A DNA stretch of 62,837 nt, filler included, from Aduncisulcus paluster (lineage: Eukaryota): assembly GCA_024181965.1 (NCBI GenBank). It is 4 parts of 4 records of this genome, joined end to end, with 100 filler letters (N's around TTAATTAATTAA, not from the genome) between each part and the next. Parts side by side here need not be neighbours in the genome. Positions count along the whole stretch, not along the records: positions 41,848 to 57,192 come from BQXS01010010.1; positions 57,293 to 62,837 come from BQXS01010019.1; 2 more parts are not named here. The stretch is one strand, 5' to 3'. Of the stretch, positions 54,001 to 62,837 are shown piece after piece. Each line of letters begins with the position of its first letter. The stretch's first letter is position 1. The translations under genes were made by a program, and so were the position numbers. The notes below the pieces were generated by a model. That model saw only the letters and a list, made by a program, of their open reading frames with translations, did not search any database and was not told the DNA's origin.

Positions 54001-57000
54001 CGTTGCAGTCGTGGATGATTCTGGCGATAGATCGATGAAGGGAAAACGTTCATCACATCGTGTGAGTATTTCAAATGGTAAAGAAGGAACAACAATGGAA
54101 GATTCTGAAGGAGATTTCTCCGGAGCAAATCATAGTGATGTCCAACTCAATATTCCCATCGATGATCCATCTACAAGTGTCACAAATCTCGGAGTACGTA
54201 CAATCGATCAACGTAAACCGCCCGAGGATGGGTCAATCTTCTCTCTGATTGAAGGTGCTGTTGTTGCAGACCCATCAGGAGCCCTGCACGACCATTCTAT
54301 GGTGTCCTTGAGTGAAATACGACGCCTTCGTTTATTATCTCAGGGAGCAGCCTCCATGTTCTCTTCAATGACTGCCCGGGGGCATAAAGCAGCGAACTTT
54401 TTGTTGCGATATGCAAGAAGAAAACTCCGAGAGAGTTTAATGAACAAGAATGATGTCAAGAATATGCACAAAGCACAAGAAGAAGAGATGGAGCTTCGTG
54501 GTCATGAATGTCCAATTGAAATATTTGTGAACGTTTTTTCTGAAAAGATGCAGGAACTTATTGAAAATGATTGGAAACGAAGGGTCTTAACGATAAATCT
54601 TATAAAAACATATCAAGAAGGTGGACTTGATGCTGTAAAACCTGGGAAAATGACCAAAGCTCAAATCGAAGCCGAATCCAAAGTTGCAGAAATTGAGGTT
54701 GAGTTAAAAAAACTTGATAAAGAAGCCCTACATGATTATGCTTCAAGTTCCTCAAAGGATTGTCTTGATGAACTGGTCGAAGCTTCGAAAGAATTCTCTG
54801 CCCTATCTCCTCTAACTCAAGCTCATTCAGAATCATTTTTGGGATGTATCGCAAGGGCCATGTTGAAAATACCCACAGTTCCACCTTTGACAACTAGTAA
54901 TGGGAAGAGTATTGCCGTGTGGCCCGTTCCAAAGAAAAGGGAAGTTTCATCTGTTCTTCAAAAATGTCTTTTGATGCGATCAATTCGTTTACAAGAATCC
55001 AGGCGTCAAGAAAAGCTTCGAATTTCTCGTTTGTATGGTATTGGTGGACATGACGGTGTTAATACGAATTGTTATGATGGAACCGTGGAGCCATTTGGAA
55101 AGAAGACTTCGATATCAGACAATCCCATTCCGTCCGGGCCCACTTCGTTTGCCACCCGATTTGATCCAGCCTCGAGTATGTCCTCTTCATTCTGCCATGA
55201 TGTGATATGGTATATATTCAGTCAGACCCAAGATGCAATCAAAATGAAGCAAGTTCTTGAGGTTCTCGTGAATGGAATGCTTCTTCATGGATCTGGGGAT
55301 ACCTTCATTGGACTTTGTTGGGATTTATTCAATAACAAATACTCTCACAATGAAATTGATTTTATCTCTATTGTTTTGTCTCATATCCATCAAAGTGTAC
55401 CTGGAAAGACAATAATGATTGAAATCACAGCTAGAACAGCAAAAGAAATCATTGGGTATGTTCTTCCTGCCCTCCCTGAAATCCAGCAAGATCGGATTGT
55501 CGCATCCGCTGAGCCTACTGGAGGCGCGACCAAAAAGTCAAAGGGGAATGCAAAAGGGAAGGAAAAACCTGGAAGCAAACTTCCTGGCCAAACAATTCCC
55601 GATCCTTTACAGAACAATGGTGTTCCAGATGATGCAATGGTCAAGATTGGAACATATCTTCGTGCTCTGGTAACTGCACGATACGCGAGTATATTTAGTG
55701 AAGGTGCTGTGTTTTTGAAGAGATTATGTTCTATGTGTGGCATTGAAATGATCGATTCTTCTTTGTTGGAGACAAAAACAAAGAAAAAGGCAAAACCAAA
55801 AGGCAAACCCAAAGGGAAACCAAAACAGAAAAAAACTCGAGATCCCCATCCTACATTCTTCACATTGCCTAATCCGATCAGTTTAAGTTCACTTTCGACG
55901 GTTCCACATCCTCATGCTCGAGTTACATGTTCTGAGTTTGTTGAATTCGTTAATACTCATCTCAAACATGTTATGTTAAGCGAAGAAGAAGTATGTGGTT
56001 TGTACCTTGAGTGCTATCTTGACTTGGCTTCGTCAAACGTGAACATTCTTATGGAACCACTAGCTCCTACCACTGCAAAGGGAAAGAAAGATCTGGCGCA
56101 TGAAGGTGTTGGTAACAATGGCAGGTATACAAAAGCTTCCTCGTCTCAGTCTGGAGATTCGACTCCGACAATGACGAGGGGGAGAAAACAACATACATCC
56201 ACTCCAACATCAGGGAAGAACTCCGTCACCGTGAATCCTCCAGATGGTCTTGTTCATAAAGACATTGGAGTTCCACCAATACATCTTATCGAAAGACTTG
56301 TGATGCGTATTCAAGATCGTCTCATTCTATCTCGTCCATCATTGACACATGCCACATATGTGATTGATGAGTTGGCCGCTCCAAAACTCCTCCATGAAAC
56401 TGTATCCCACCTTGGAGATATTACGAAATCTATCCTCATGCCGACCCTTGAAGATCTCTTCAAACATTCTGGTGGCTATGTGAATGGAAGTGTTGTCGAT
56501 GGAGTTGTCAAACAAGCTGTCACTGCGGCACTTAGATCAAGAGAGATTCCAAGACGTTTCAGTGAGGTTGATCTTACAAAGAAAGGCCGTGAAGTTGTGA
56601 AACGAATCCTCCAAGAAAAGATCAAACTTGGTAGTTATGTTGACCAATCATGGATAGCGTTGATTCGAGAAAGTTTTTCATCTCTTAATGATTCTCTTGA
56701 AGAAGATAAGGATACGAACACTCTTCTCCTTAACTTTGATTCTTTTCTTTCTTATGCCAGAGCCTGGGTGTTATCAAGACCTTCAGCTCCATCTGTATTC
56801 CATCCTTCGAAACAGCTTGGTCTCTTGCGTACACTCAGTGAGTCATTTTCGCAGGATGTTCAAGCTGTGATTCAAAGTGAATTGGATTCAGCACGCGGAA
56901 TAATCACTGAAGAATTAATCCGTATTTTTAAAGAAGGTGGAAATGGCTCGGTGGGATTGTCCGTTAATATGAATTCATTACCTATGCTTTCGGCAAGGTA

Positions 57001-57118
57001 TCGTGCAACATTGGATGATAAAGTGGAAGAAGCTTTAACTGCTCGAGGAGGAAGAGAGGAGGAAGAAGATGCGCCATTTGGATTGCAAGCACTCAAAGAT
57101 AAATTCTCTGCCAGATAG
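51026..57118 (+). CDS. Large hypothetical protein (~2030 aa): disordered N-terminal region, coiled coils, helical C-terminal region
   Basis: Uninterrupted ORF; ATG 51026 (MRRTG) is preferred over upstream ATGs in the AT-rich leader. Confidence 0.8.
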   Translation: MRRTGNSQKRATYRHFQFKEQPTIPVDTSPAINAKVLQRARQLASAVVHSPVVQIKTGIGVRKGIARRPQSGGYRRESHETSLLSPGSYHRSSSALSHHSSMGRSLLSYESRISSAYPSESRRYSDDFRDSYVGGCGIDSGSTNQTKSPQSYSFDPTQGLVSSTRTKFPPQHIHVVPRESPASTSTYDKIDMMSAEQRPKPPLPASVATAFAIDSPQVPESFSTSFAEYEKYERSGEQSNHTISNLGSSSISPNDHDENPASTPTTSTYRKSRFAQVPSLDNLSPDPISSHISAYHSSMGRRPQTTLSTLRPRSHNSSLVRTIPRSTDGAGQPTAVSNEIPMLSRLPSLLQSYLEPSQSEFTPIPTRFFKIHRAISYPQQANNNKIKFVNGKWEIIRFPSLNPPILGEKEWLSSLVSSESADLKRFNSSHVPFMLSRSVDYVCGIVNSTIGASVKHVIDEEVNRLHQVKERKLRKYMKRKAENEEDEMLRRTHTSMLATMLTSDVERDGLRSLGVDVESVRKKEAIEKRRKERREKNRNFAKTLLHSSSSSSLLDDDESETTDLDALDDDIDYEELLKEKLNSKRKSREELYNSVIDAVLPRLQNVLETPGVLQTTDTHIHNALCFLKEIARKCNEKQLISIHQDETEIEEHEEESYNHSEAVFQHSSSFQPAISREHISSRSLNSNSDKSSEHEEEEEEDDEEHSHEEEAEEEEGEVRDDMSVDSEIAAKIIGSPLKTGDIPLSSSDSYLKATSSMGHSYDNATVTASSSINISEESAKYSDIPFKIDNSANPLKLLVSDDTLETVLNSLHNYIADAIQKRDEFYNSVVYMLLRLLISSHIESSQGKSLGVTANTVASLEVPSEISSEQSKHPVPILPSLVSDLPSSTAQSLSYKLKNGPITSSQPSVAERGKVTSLLSLVPPSNTLDKKSMQELHDKTRKEWEKERSHLLSRISRLEGQLVRLRGELKEEKDKVLEFEEKEREWEEIKMGVAVVDDSGDRSMKGKRSSHRVSISNGKEGTTMEDSEGDFSGANHSDVQLNIPIDDPSTSVTNLGVRTIDQRKPPEDGSIFSLIEGAVVADPSGALHDHSMVSLSEIRRLRLLSQGAASMFSSMTARGHKAANFLLRYARRKLRESLMNKNDVKNMHKAQEEEMELRGHECPIEIFVNVFSEKMQELIENDWKRRVLTINLIKTYQEGGLDAVKPGKMTKAQIEAESKVAEIEVELKKLDKEALHDYASSSSKDCLDELVEASKEFSALSPLTQAHSESFLGCIARAMLKIPTVPPLTTSNGKSIAVWPVPKKREVSSVLQKCLLMRSIRLQESRRQEKLRISRLYGIGGHDGVNTNCYDGTVEPFGKKTSISDNPIPSGPTSFATRFDPASSMSSSFCHDVIWYIFSQTQDAIKMKQVLEVLVNGMLLHGSGDTFIGLCWDLFNNKYSHNEIDFISIVLSHIHQSVPGKTIMIEITARTAKEIIGYVLPALPEIQQDRIVASAEPTGGATKKSKGNAKGKEKPGSKLPGQTIPDPLQNNGVPDDAMVKIGTYLRALVTARYASIFSEGAVFLKRLCSMCGIEMIDSSLLETKTKKKAKPKGKPKGKPKQKKTRDPHPTFFTLPNPISLSSLSTVPHPHARVTCSEFVEFVNTHLKHVMLSEEEVCGLYLECYLDLASSNVNILMEPLAPTTAKGKKDLAHEGVGNNGRYTKASSSQSGDSTPTMTRGRKQHTSTPTSGKNSVTVNPPDGLVHKDIGVPPIHLIERLVMRIQDRLILSRPSLTHATYVIDELAAPKLLHETVSHLGDITKSILMPTLEDLFKHSGGYVNGSVVDGVVKQAVTAALRSREIPRRFSEVDLTKKGREVVKRILQEKIKLGSYVDQSWIALIRESFSSLNDSLEEDKDTNTLLLNFDSFLSYARAWVLSRPSAPSVFHPSKQLGLLRTLSESFSQDVQAVIQSELDSARGIITEELIRIFKEGGNGSVGLSVNMNSLPMLSARYRATLDDKVEEALTARGGREEEEDAPFGLQALKDKFSAR

Positions 57119-57192
57119 ATTTCTCTGCCAGTACCTTCGGTCGTGTAGTTGTTAGAATGTTATAATGTGTCAAACAAACAACTATGTGCCAA

Positions 57193-57292
57193 NNNNNNNN
57201 NNNNNNNNNNNNNNNNNNNNNNNNNNNNNNNNNNNNTTAATTAATTAANNNNNNNNNNNNNNNNNNNNNNNNNNNNNNNNNNNNNNNNNNNN
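57193..57292. other. Artificial contig spacer
   Basis: N-TTAATTAATTAA-N, 100 nt. Confidence 0.97.
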
Positions 57293-57505
57293 TATTTCTC
57301 CAACAACGCCTTTTTTAATGGTTTATATTGCTGAGAAATCCGTGTTTCTTGCCTTTCGAAATAAATTTACATTTTTATGGGTTATTTAATTAGAAATACT
57401 ATAAAATCAATTTAATTTTAATTTTATTTCATTTAAAATTGTATTTTACCGTATTTTATGTCTCCAATATCGAGAAATATTGAGATATGCTGCATTTGAT
57501 TATAT

Positions 57506-58174
57506 TTATTCGGCTGGGACCTCCTTCTTATCTTCAACAACTGGTTCTTTCTCCTCTACGACTGGTTCTTTCTCCTCCACGACTGGTTCTTTCTCAGCTT
57601 CTTTCTTCTCTCCACCCTCAACTTGTTCAGCCTGCTCAGTCTCCTTTGGTTCATCTTTCTTCTCTTCAACTTCCTTTGTTTCGGCAGTTTCTTCGAGAGC
57701 CTTGGTTATTTTGATCATACTTTCACGACCTTCCTCATAAATAGTTGAAAACTTCTCGAAATCAGCCTCGGTTTTGAAACGAAGAGCGAACAAAGTCAAC
57801 TTACTGACCTCATCACTGAAATCGTTGCAAGAAACGACCCAAGTATATTTCTGTGTGGGGTTCTTGGATAATTTACCTTCTGGGTGGATGTAAAAGGAAG
57901 CACAAATCTTCAAGGTTTGCTCTCTACGGGCGACAATTCTATAATACCCTTCTTCATTCTTCAATATCACTAATTCACCAGTTCCACGTTCTTTCCACTC
58001 ATTATCGACTTCATTGTCAAATCTATAGAGCTTGGATACCCTTAAATTGTAATTTAATATCAAAATAAAATTGATTGGATGTAAATAAACACAAATACAA
58101 AAAGATGGATGGGAAAAAAATAATAAAACATAAAAACATGAAACATACGATTGGAAGACAACTTCTTCAGCCAT
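57506..58174 (-). CDS. RANBP1: Ran-binding protein 1 (RanBD); exons 58174-58149 and 58040-57506
   Basis: The spliced product reads MAEEVVFQSVSKLYRFD...EWKERGTGELVILK...RIVARREQTLKICA...WV..C.DFSDE.....LFALRFK, with an acidic tail containing EKEPVVE repeats. Confidence 0.93.
   Translation of the reverse strand: MAEEVVFQSYVSCFYVLLFFSHPSFCICVYLHPINFILILNYNLRVSKLYRFDNEVDNEWKERGTGELVILKNEEGYYRIVARREQTLKICASFYIHPEGKLSKNPTQKYTWVVSCNDFSDEVSKLTLFALRFKTEADFEKFSTIYEEGRESMIKITKALEETAETKEVEEKKDEPKETEQAEQVEGGEKKEAEKEPVVEEKEPVVEEKEPVVEDKKEVPAE
58041..58148 (-). other. Spliceosomal intron, 108 nt, phase 2, stop-free in frame
   Basis: GTATGT...TTTAAG; removal restores the RanBD spacing EEVVFQSVSKLYRFD (compare EEVLYKVRAKLFRFD). 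Confidence 0.85.
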
Positions 58175-58638
58175 TACCGCGGTCAAAACTCAAGCGAATG
58201 GCCGATTCGAAAGTCCAGGTCCAAGAAGGATTCTTAAGCAAATATCATTGGTGTATCGAAAGTTAAAATCTTAGTTCAATTAAATAATGCCTACTAATCT
58301 TTTCAACATCAACGCTGGATTTAAATAACTGTCAGAGGGCAATGGACTAAAGTAGATGATTTTAGTGTTTAAATTATATGTTTATAATCAGTGCAGTATG
58401 CTTCAATGTGATGAATTTTTTTTTTTTTCGATGCTAAACACCAAACAGAAATTTCCATTATTGAATGAATGATACACGTAATTTATTTGTAATAATTAAA
58501 TGTAGCTCAGAAATCATCAAAATGAGATCAACAGATATTTATATCAGCCCCACGAATGATAGAATATATAGAATTGAGAAAATCAATTCCTAGATCATTA
58601 TAATACCTTTGATTAATAAATAATATATTCAAATTGAA

Positions 58639-60243
58639 TCACTTTCCTTTGGGTTTGATACCAGCCTCCTTTGTCATGATTATAAGATCCACTTTCAAAA
58701 CTGTACAAGCAGCATCAACAGCACATTTCAACCCCCATTCTTTTCCACAGAATAAATCGAATATTCCAGCCTTCTCGGCATCCATGGTACAATCTTGTAC
58801 TCTTTTGGCCTCTATATTAACACCCATCTTGGTGTCCCCTTTCTCATGGGCGGCAGAGAGCATGGTGAGTCCCTTCTCAGTGTCGAGACCACATGTCTGC
58901 AACAAAGTACGTGGAATGATCCTCAGAGCTTCTGAGAACTTTCTCAAAGCATATTGTTCAAGTCCAGTGGTCCTATCAGCAGCGTGACGGAGTACAGCAG
59001 AAAGGGAGAGTTCGGTGGCACCAGCACCAAGAACCATCCTAGAATCCTCAGTCATAGCCTTTACGGAGGACACAGCATTCTGAACACATTGCTCGAGGTC
59101 ATCAAGCATATTCCTTGTGGAAGCACGGAGGACAATCGTGGCAATACCTCTCTTACGCCCAGTGGAAATATCTTCATCGCTGTAATCATCAGAGAAAACA
59201 ACACATTTGGCACCACCAATCTCTTTGCTGCGAACCTCATCGGCCTTTCCAAGCATGTCACCGGTGAAATCGTCAGTGAACTTCACAAGGGGACGAGCTC
59301 CAACACTACGACCGAGACGAAGAAGACCCCACTTAGAAGGGATCCGAATGATCATAATATTGGCCATGTCAAGATAGTGTTTAACGAGATCGTTCACAGA
59401 ACTTCCAGAAACAACGACATTGACACCAGCTTCAACGAGTTGATCAACACGTTTCTGGATTCTGTCTTCTTCACTTTTTGAGAAAGCAAGCATCTCATCA
59501 GCAGAAGAAAACATGATTGTTCCCTTTGTTTCGGACATTTCGGGCTCAAGAGCTCCACGGACAACCAATATCTTTGCTCCTTCCTTAATGTGTTTAACAG
59601 CACCATAAACTGGACGCAACAAGATCATTCCCCTTTCAACATATGAATCCTCAATGGATTGTCCAATAATCTTCACAATACGCACGTTATCGGTGTTGAA
59701 AGTGTGAGATTTCTTAGGGATAACCATAGAACAGGCTTGAGCGATAATAGGGGAGAGGTAATCCTCAAAACCATATTGTTTGGACATGACAATAGGACGG
59801 AGAGCTTTTGTTAACTCAGCATGATCATCAAAACCTTCAAGCTTATGCGATACAAGTTTTTCGAGATGCTCAAGACACAGACGAAGACCCATTTCATATC
59901 CTGTAATAATATCTTTAGGTACGAGACCTTGAGTAATAAGTTCAGCGGCTTGGTGCAATAACTCACCAGCTAATGTGACTACAAAATTAGTTCCATCTCC
60001 AATTTCCAAAGCCTGGGAATTAGCAGCCAAAACAACCATTTTAGCAGCAGGATGCTTAATCTCAAGTTCGCTCATAATAGTGGTTGAATTCTTTGAGATA
60101 AACAACTTTTCCAAGTGATTGAGAATGATTTTGAGCATTCCCTTTGGTCCGAAGGATGTAGATATCTTTTTGGCTAATTCATAGCATGCACCAATATTTT
60201 GAAGGTGTTGCTTTTGTAAGAAGAGTTTTCCGTCTTGTTGCAT
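58639..60243 (-). CDS. CCT8: T-complex protein 1 subunit theta (CCT/TRiC)
   Basis: NIGACYELA...TSFGPKGMLKIILNHLEKLF...ELEIKHPAAKMVV...EIGDGTNFVVTLAGELL, IPSKWGLLRL and IATIVLRAST are theta-type motifs; first in-frame ATG at 60243. Confidence 0.93.
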   Translation of the reverse strand: MQQDGKLFLQKQHLQNIGACYELAKKISTSFGPKGMLKIILNHLEKLFISKNSTTIMSELEIKHPAAKMVVLAANSQALEIGDGTNFVVTLAGELLHQAAELITQGLVPKDIITGYEMGLRLCLEHLEKLVSHKLEGFDDHAELTKALRPIVMSKQYGFEDYLSPIIAQACSMVIPKKSHTFNTDNVRIVKIIGQSIEDSYVERGMILLRPVYGAVKHIKEGAKILVVRGALEPEMSETKGTIMFSSADEMLAFSKSEEDRIQKRVDQLVEAGVNVVVSGSSVNDLVKHYLDMANIMIIRIPSKWGLLRLGRSVGARPLVKFTDDFTGDMLGKADEVRSKEIGGAKCVVFSDDYSDEDISTGRKRGIATIVLRASTRNMLDDLEQCVQNAVSSVKAMTEDSRMVLGAGATELSLSAVLRHAADRTTGLEQYALRKFSEALRIIPRTLLQTCGLDTEKGLTMLSAAHEKGDTKMGVNIEAKRVQDCTMDAEKAGIFDLFCGKEWGLKCAVDAACTVLKVDLIIMTKEAGIKPKGK

Positions 60244-60597
60244 CCCAGCCAAAACATGAAATCAATTTCCTTGAAAATTGCAAGTGCTAATAATGCGTCA
60301 CAAGTGCAATATTATAGTGATATTTTGGAGCTTTATTATTGTTTCTTAATTATAAACATTTAAATATCAGTCAAAATGCTACCCAATCACATGCAAAAAA
60401 AAAAATGAATTCTTCGAATCTTGGCTTGGATAGAGTATGATGGATCTCATTAAGTTGTAATAAAGCAAAATAAATTAGTTGATTTGATCAATAAGCTTAA
60501 GATTCCAGATATCATTTTCGTTATTTTTTTTTGCGCAGAGCCATTTTTTCTTGACCTAGAGAGAAAAATAATCAATATAACATCAAATATTAATATA

Positions 60598-62169
60598 ATG
60601 GATCCCGAAACACTTCTTGATAAAGTTGTATCTATGTTCCAAGGTGATGGATCTCATATACCTAAAACAGCGCCTCCCGTATTGGGAGCTTCTGCGTCAC
60701 CAGTCAAAAGAGATAGGAAAACAACCAATAATTTAAATTCTTCAACTACTTTACCAATTTCAGCTGAATTAGATGAAATGGACGATTCTACCATATTTTC
60801 AGATGATATGTTTGATGCCCTGGTTGCTTCTGCTACATCAGGGGCTGAAAGATTTGCACAAAGAATATTTGAACAAATGGGAACTATTTTTGTGTCTAAA
60901 TCGAGAAGAGTTATGGAAAGTTCAATGTCAAAATCTCTAGAGGTCGTTGAAGAAGCCCATTCGGCCCTAAAGAAACGTTTATCTGATTGTGAGGATCGTC
61001 TTGCCGAGACAACCTCCAATTTATCTGCTGAAAGATTGCATAATGCCCAGCTTATTAAACAATGTAATTCCATGACGTCTGATCTTGAGGAAGCCAGGAC
61101 AAGGANNNNNNNNNNNNNNNNNNNNTTTTCAGATGATATGTTTGATGCCCTGGTTGCTTCTGCTACATCAGGGGCTGAAAGATTTGCACAAAGAATATTT
61201 GAACAAATGGGAACTATTTTTGTGTCTAAATCGAGAAGAGTTATGGAAAGTTCAATGTCAAAATCTCTAGAGGTCGTTGAAGAAGCCCATTCGGCCCTAA
61301 AGAAACGTTTATCTGATTGTGAGGATCGTCTTGCCGAGACAACCTCCAATTTATCTGCTGAAAGATTGCATAATGCCCAGCTTATTAAACAATGTAATTC
61401 CATGACGTCTGATCTTGAGGAAGCCAGGACAAGGATTACTGTTCTCGAAACGCAATTAAAACAACAATCCAAAACACACGGTGAAGAAATTAGAGAAAAA
61501 GTGAGTGAATATGAAGCCCGAATTAGGAGAACTGAGATGCGTGTTGTTGATGTTCAAAACAAAGCAAAGAAGAAAGAACTTCAAGAACTCCAGAAAACAA
61601 TTGAAGCTGATCATGCTAAACAGATGATTGAGTTGAAAGCTATTGCGAATGCTGCTACTGCTGCCCGTCGTGTTGCAGAACAGAATCTTATCAAAGAACG
61701 TGCCGAACATGCTTCCCAGATTGCTAAATTAGAGCGTGATCTTGAGACTCAGCATGCAAGATTAATAACTGAGCATAACCAAACTCTTGCCCGTGTGTCA
61801 GTAGCTGTAAACAGAGGGATTATGAGCCATGATCCTGTTATGATGGGTCCCACAAAACCCAAACAATCATGCAGAGGAGCTCCATCGAGTCCAAGTGCGA
61901 CTCTGAGTGCCTCCCATGAATTATCATCTGTGTCCAAGAAGAAAGTTCCCCCACATTCCGTCCAGAGCCATCTCACTTCAACTTCAAGGCCTGTGTCTGG
62001 TCCTTCCTCTTCATACCATCACTCAGAGAGACCCAAGAGTACTGGATCATCATCTACAGTAGACTCCCGTGGCATGTCACGGTCTTTGAGACATGGTGGA
62101 CAGAATCCTGCCTTCAGAGAGAGTGTAGTGTCTCATGTTCACTATAGAGTGTCAGAATTAAAAGAATAA
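60598..62169 (+). CDS. Hypothetical coiled-coil protein (60796-61105 duplicated as 61126-61435 around a gap)
   Basis: ATG in a TAATATAATG context, heptad-rich central region and Ser-rich tail. Confidence 0.75.
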   Translation: MDPETLLDKVVSMFQGDGSHIPKTAPPVLGASASPVKRDRKTTNNLNSSTTLPISAELDEMDDSTIFSDDMFDALVASATSGAERFAQRIFEQMGTIFVSKSRRVMESSMSKSLEVVEEAHSALKKRLSDCEDRLAETTSNLSAERLHNAQLIKQCNSMTSDLEEARTRXXXXXXXFSDDMFDALVASATSGAERFAQRIFEQMGTIFVSKSRRVMESSMSKSLEVVEEAHSALKKRLSDCEDRLAETTSNLSAERLHNAQLIKQCNSMTSDLEEARTRITVLETQLKQQSKTHGEEIREKVSEYEARIRRTEMRVVDVQNKAKKKELQELQKTIEADHAKQMIELKAIANAATAARRVAEQNLIKERAEHASQIAKLERDLETQHARLITEHNQTLARVSVAVNRGIMSHDPVMMGPTKPKQSCRGAPSSPSATLSASHELSSVSKKKVPPHSVQSHLTSTSRPVSGPSSSYHHSERPKSTGSSSTVDSRGMSRSLRHGGQNPAFRESVVSHVHYRVSELKE

Positions 62170-62376
62170 GATAACATCAACAAAGAATACTTGTTTATTA
62201 TAACTAAATGAGAATAAAAATGATTCATTTGATCAAAATTTGATCAAGAATCTTGAATTTCAAGATGATCTTGTCAAGATCTATCGGAGTTCTCTTGGAC
62301 AAATGGAATGGAAAGCCCTATTATGATATTGTGGAATTGCAACATCCGTTACCACAATCATTGTGCCACAATGAGT

Positions 62377-62837
62377 TTATTCATCAAATTTGAAGGGTTT
62401 GACTTCGTCCTGTTTCGAGGTTTCCTCTTCTTCATCTTCTTCTTCCTCCTCCTCTTCTTCCTCTTCTTCCTCTTCCTCTTCTTCATCCTTTTCTTCCTCT
62501 TCCTCTTCCTCTTCTTCCTTTCGAATTTGAATATCGGCAAGTTTCTCAGCCTTCTTCTTTGCTTCCTCTTCCTTGCGTTCCTCTTCTCTCTTCTTTTCTT
62601 CCTCCTGAAGTTGCTGAGGAGTGTGAATACTACCATCAACAAACACGGCATCACGAACACCCTTGGATCTCAACTCGGTCTGAATCTCAAGATATTTGGA
62701 CAAGGGACTCTTGCCAAAATGTTCATTCTCAAACTCTGCAACTTTCTCACTATCAACGGGTGAGAAAGAAACCGTCGAACGCTCTGACCCCATCCATTCG
62801 CCACTTTTCTCCATTTCAACAACCATCGACTTGATAG
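62377..62837 (-). CDS. 3' end of a hypothetical protein with poly-Glu tail, 5'-partial
   Basis: The frame is open from the window edge to the stop at 62377. Confidence 0.65.
   Translation of the reverse strand, partial: IKSMVVEMEKSGEWMGSERSTVSFSPVDSEKVAEFENEHFGKSPLSKYLEIQTELRSKGVRDAVFVDGSIHTPQQLQEEEKKREEERKEEEAKKKAEKLADIQIRKEEEEEEEEEKDEEEEEEEEEEEEEEEEDEEEETSKQDEVKPFKFDE

Noticed and set aside
1..62837. Alternative genetic code, CRISPR arrays or prokaryotic operons
   Set aside because: TAA, TAG and TGA all end conserved genes at expected positions; there are no spacer-repeat arrays; the content is eukaryotic.

Overview
AT-rich, gene-dense, intron-poor eukaryotic genomic DNA read in the standard code. 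The gene content and divergence suggest an anaerobic protist such as a free-living fornicate/metamonad; that is inference and is not proven here. The window is four contigs joined by artificial 100-nt N/TTAATTAATTAA spacers, plus six 20-N scaffold gaps with duplicated flanks. Recognisable genes are VPS13 (runs off the left edge), a divergent CDC27/APC3, a Pam16/Pam18-type J-like protein, a SSSCA1/ZNRD2-like protein, a CKK-domain (CAMSAP/Patronin-type) protein, a SCY1-like pseudokinase (1 intron), DDX51/Dbp6, AK6/Fap7, a MATE transporter, a signal-peptide-bearing GBP/atlastin-family GTPase, a DUF4241-like protein, tRNA-Ala(AGC), an LMBR1-like membrane protein, RanBP1 (1 intron) and CCT8, plus several hypotheticals. 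No clear multi-gene novel system is visible. The best leads are the HPD-less Pam protein, the possibly lumenal GBP, retained CDC27, clustered HxRxxS motifs in the LMBR1 loop, several GC-rich structured non-coding elements, two introns of exactly 108 nt, and two +1 frame breaks that are probably assembly errors.
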